Shown here: piece by piece, positions 31,564 to 32,000 of the stretch
Position numbering within the stretch: position 1 is the first letter of the stretch
Layout of the letters: every line of letters begins with the position of its first letter
NCBI GenBank assembly: GCA_963704755.1
Contig: OY969938.1
Location: 1,890,001-1,922,000, forward strand
Source: an uncultured Chloroflexia bacterium
GTDB lineage: Bacteria; Chloroflexota; Anaerolineae; Anaerolineales; Anaerolineaceae
Direction of reading: 5' to 3'
Length of the DNA stretch: 32,000 nucleotides
The notes under the pieces: model-generated
What the model saw: only the letters and a program-made list of their open reading frames with translations
What the model was told of the DNA's origin: nothing
The model's database searches: none
Translations under genes and position numbers: made by a program

Positions 31564-31594
31564 TTGACAATCACGATACGGAATGGGGTAAAAT
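31564..31594 (+). promoter_or_regulatory. Candidate promoter of the ADP-ribosylglycohydrolase gene
   Basis: TTGACA (31564-31569), a 19-nt spacer (long), then TAAAAT (31589-31594). GAAGGAG at 31607-31613 lies 9 nt before the ATG. Confidence 0.35.
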
Positions 31595-31622
31595 TAGCCC
31601 CACATAGAAGGAGCTTACCGTT

Positions 31623-32000
31623 ATGAATCCAGAAATTGCCGATCGCCTGCGCGGGATCGCAGTGGGCGCCGCCGTTGGGGATGCGCTCGGCATGCCGCTC
31701 GAATTCAGGATTGCCTCCCCGCCCGATAATTTTATTCGGACGATGCAAACGGGCCGCCTGCCCGCGGGTAGTTTTACCGATGATACCGAAATGGCTTTGG
31801 CCCTGGCGGAAAGCCTGCTGGTCGATCCAGCCCTGGACCCGCACGACCTGTCCCAGCGCTTCCTGGACTGGTACCGCCGCAATCCGCCGGACGTGGGCAT
31901 CCATACCAATGCCGTGATGCGCCGCCTCGCGGCCGGCATGTCCTGGCAGGAAGCGGCCAGGGACGTGCAGAGCAAGAACCCAACCAGTTCGGGCAACGGC
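31623..32000 (+). CDS. ADP-ribosylglycohydrolase-family protein, 5' part (continues beyond the window)
   Basis: Absent from the ORF track because there is no stop in the window. The sequence runs MNPEIADRLRGIAVGAAVGDALGMPLEF...GSFTDDTEMALALAESL, the family N-terminal metal-site motifs. Confidence 0.8.
   Translation, partial: MNPEIADRLRGIAVGAAVGDALGMPLEFRIASPPDNFIRTMQTGRLPAGSFTDDTEMALALAESLLVDPALDPHDLSQRFLDWYRRNPPDVGIHTNAVMRRLAAGMSWQEAARDVQSKNPTSSGNG

Overview
High-GC bacterial chromosomal segment with AT-rich spacers. Gene content and Thr/Pro-rich linkers tentatively suggest a Chloroflexota-like organism (weak inference). Contents in order:

- **1-4587 (-):** distal part of a bacterial microcompartment operon of the sugar-phosphate-utilising (SPU) type: rpiB, deoC, BMC-P, acylating aldehyde dehydrogenase, BMC-H, BMC-T (runs off-window). 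All three enzymes carry an encapsulation-peptide-like amphipathic helix.
- **5028-5495 (-):** OsmC-like protein.
- **5772-17563 (+):** form I aerobic CO-dehydrogenase cluster, coxM-coxS-coxL plus maturation genes (XdhC fused to a TRASH/YHS metal-binding domain, coxG, a molybdopterin-binding protein, coxD, coxE, a second xdhC). It carries three lesions: a 1-nt frameshift in coxL, an IS3-family insertion inside a ~0.6 kb repeat array between coxL and the accessory genes, and an in-frame TAG that splits the molybdopterin-binding gene.
- **17647-20218 (-):** P5C dehydrogenase and a frameshifted secreted protein.
- **20830-21582 (+):** HEAT-repeat protein, followed by a 3 x ~207 bp tandem repeat.
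- **22344-31170 (+):** six tightly coupled genes: C39-like peptidase/TPR, sbcD, CNNM-type transporter, sbcC and two glycosyltransferases.
- **31623-32000 (+):** 5' part of an ADP-ribosylglycohydrolase gene.

The non-coding DNA has more unexplained structure than the coding DNA. There is a family of about 10 long, near-perfect intergenic hairpins with a GCTTCGC apex whose arms co-vary. There is also a dispersed and tandem CCCTCATCCC..CCTTCCCC-loop-GGGGAAGG repeat family.

I recognised no rRNA, tRNA or CRISPR array, and no convincing novel defence system. The best candidates for new biology are the XdhC-TRASH fusion, the uncharacterised SPU microcompartment cargo set and the co-varying hairpin family.
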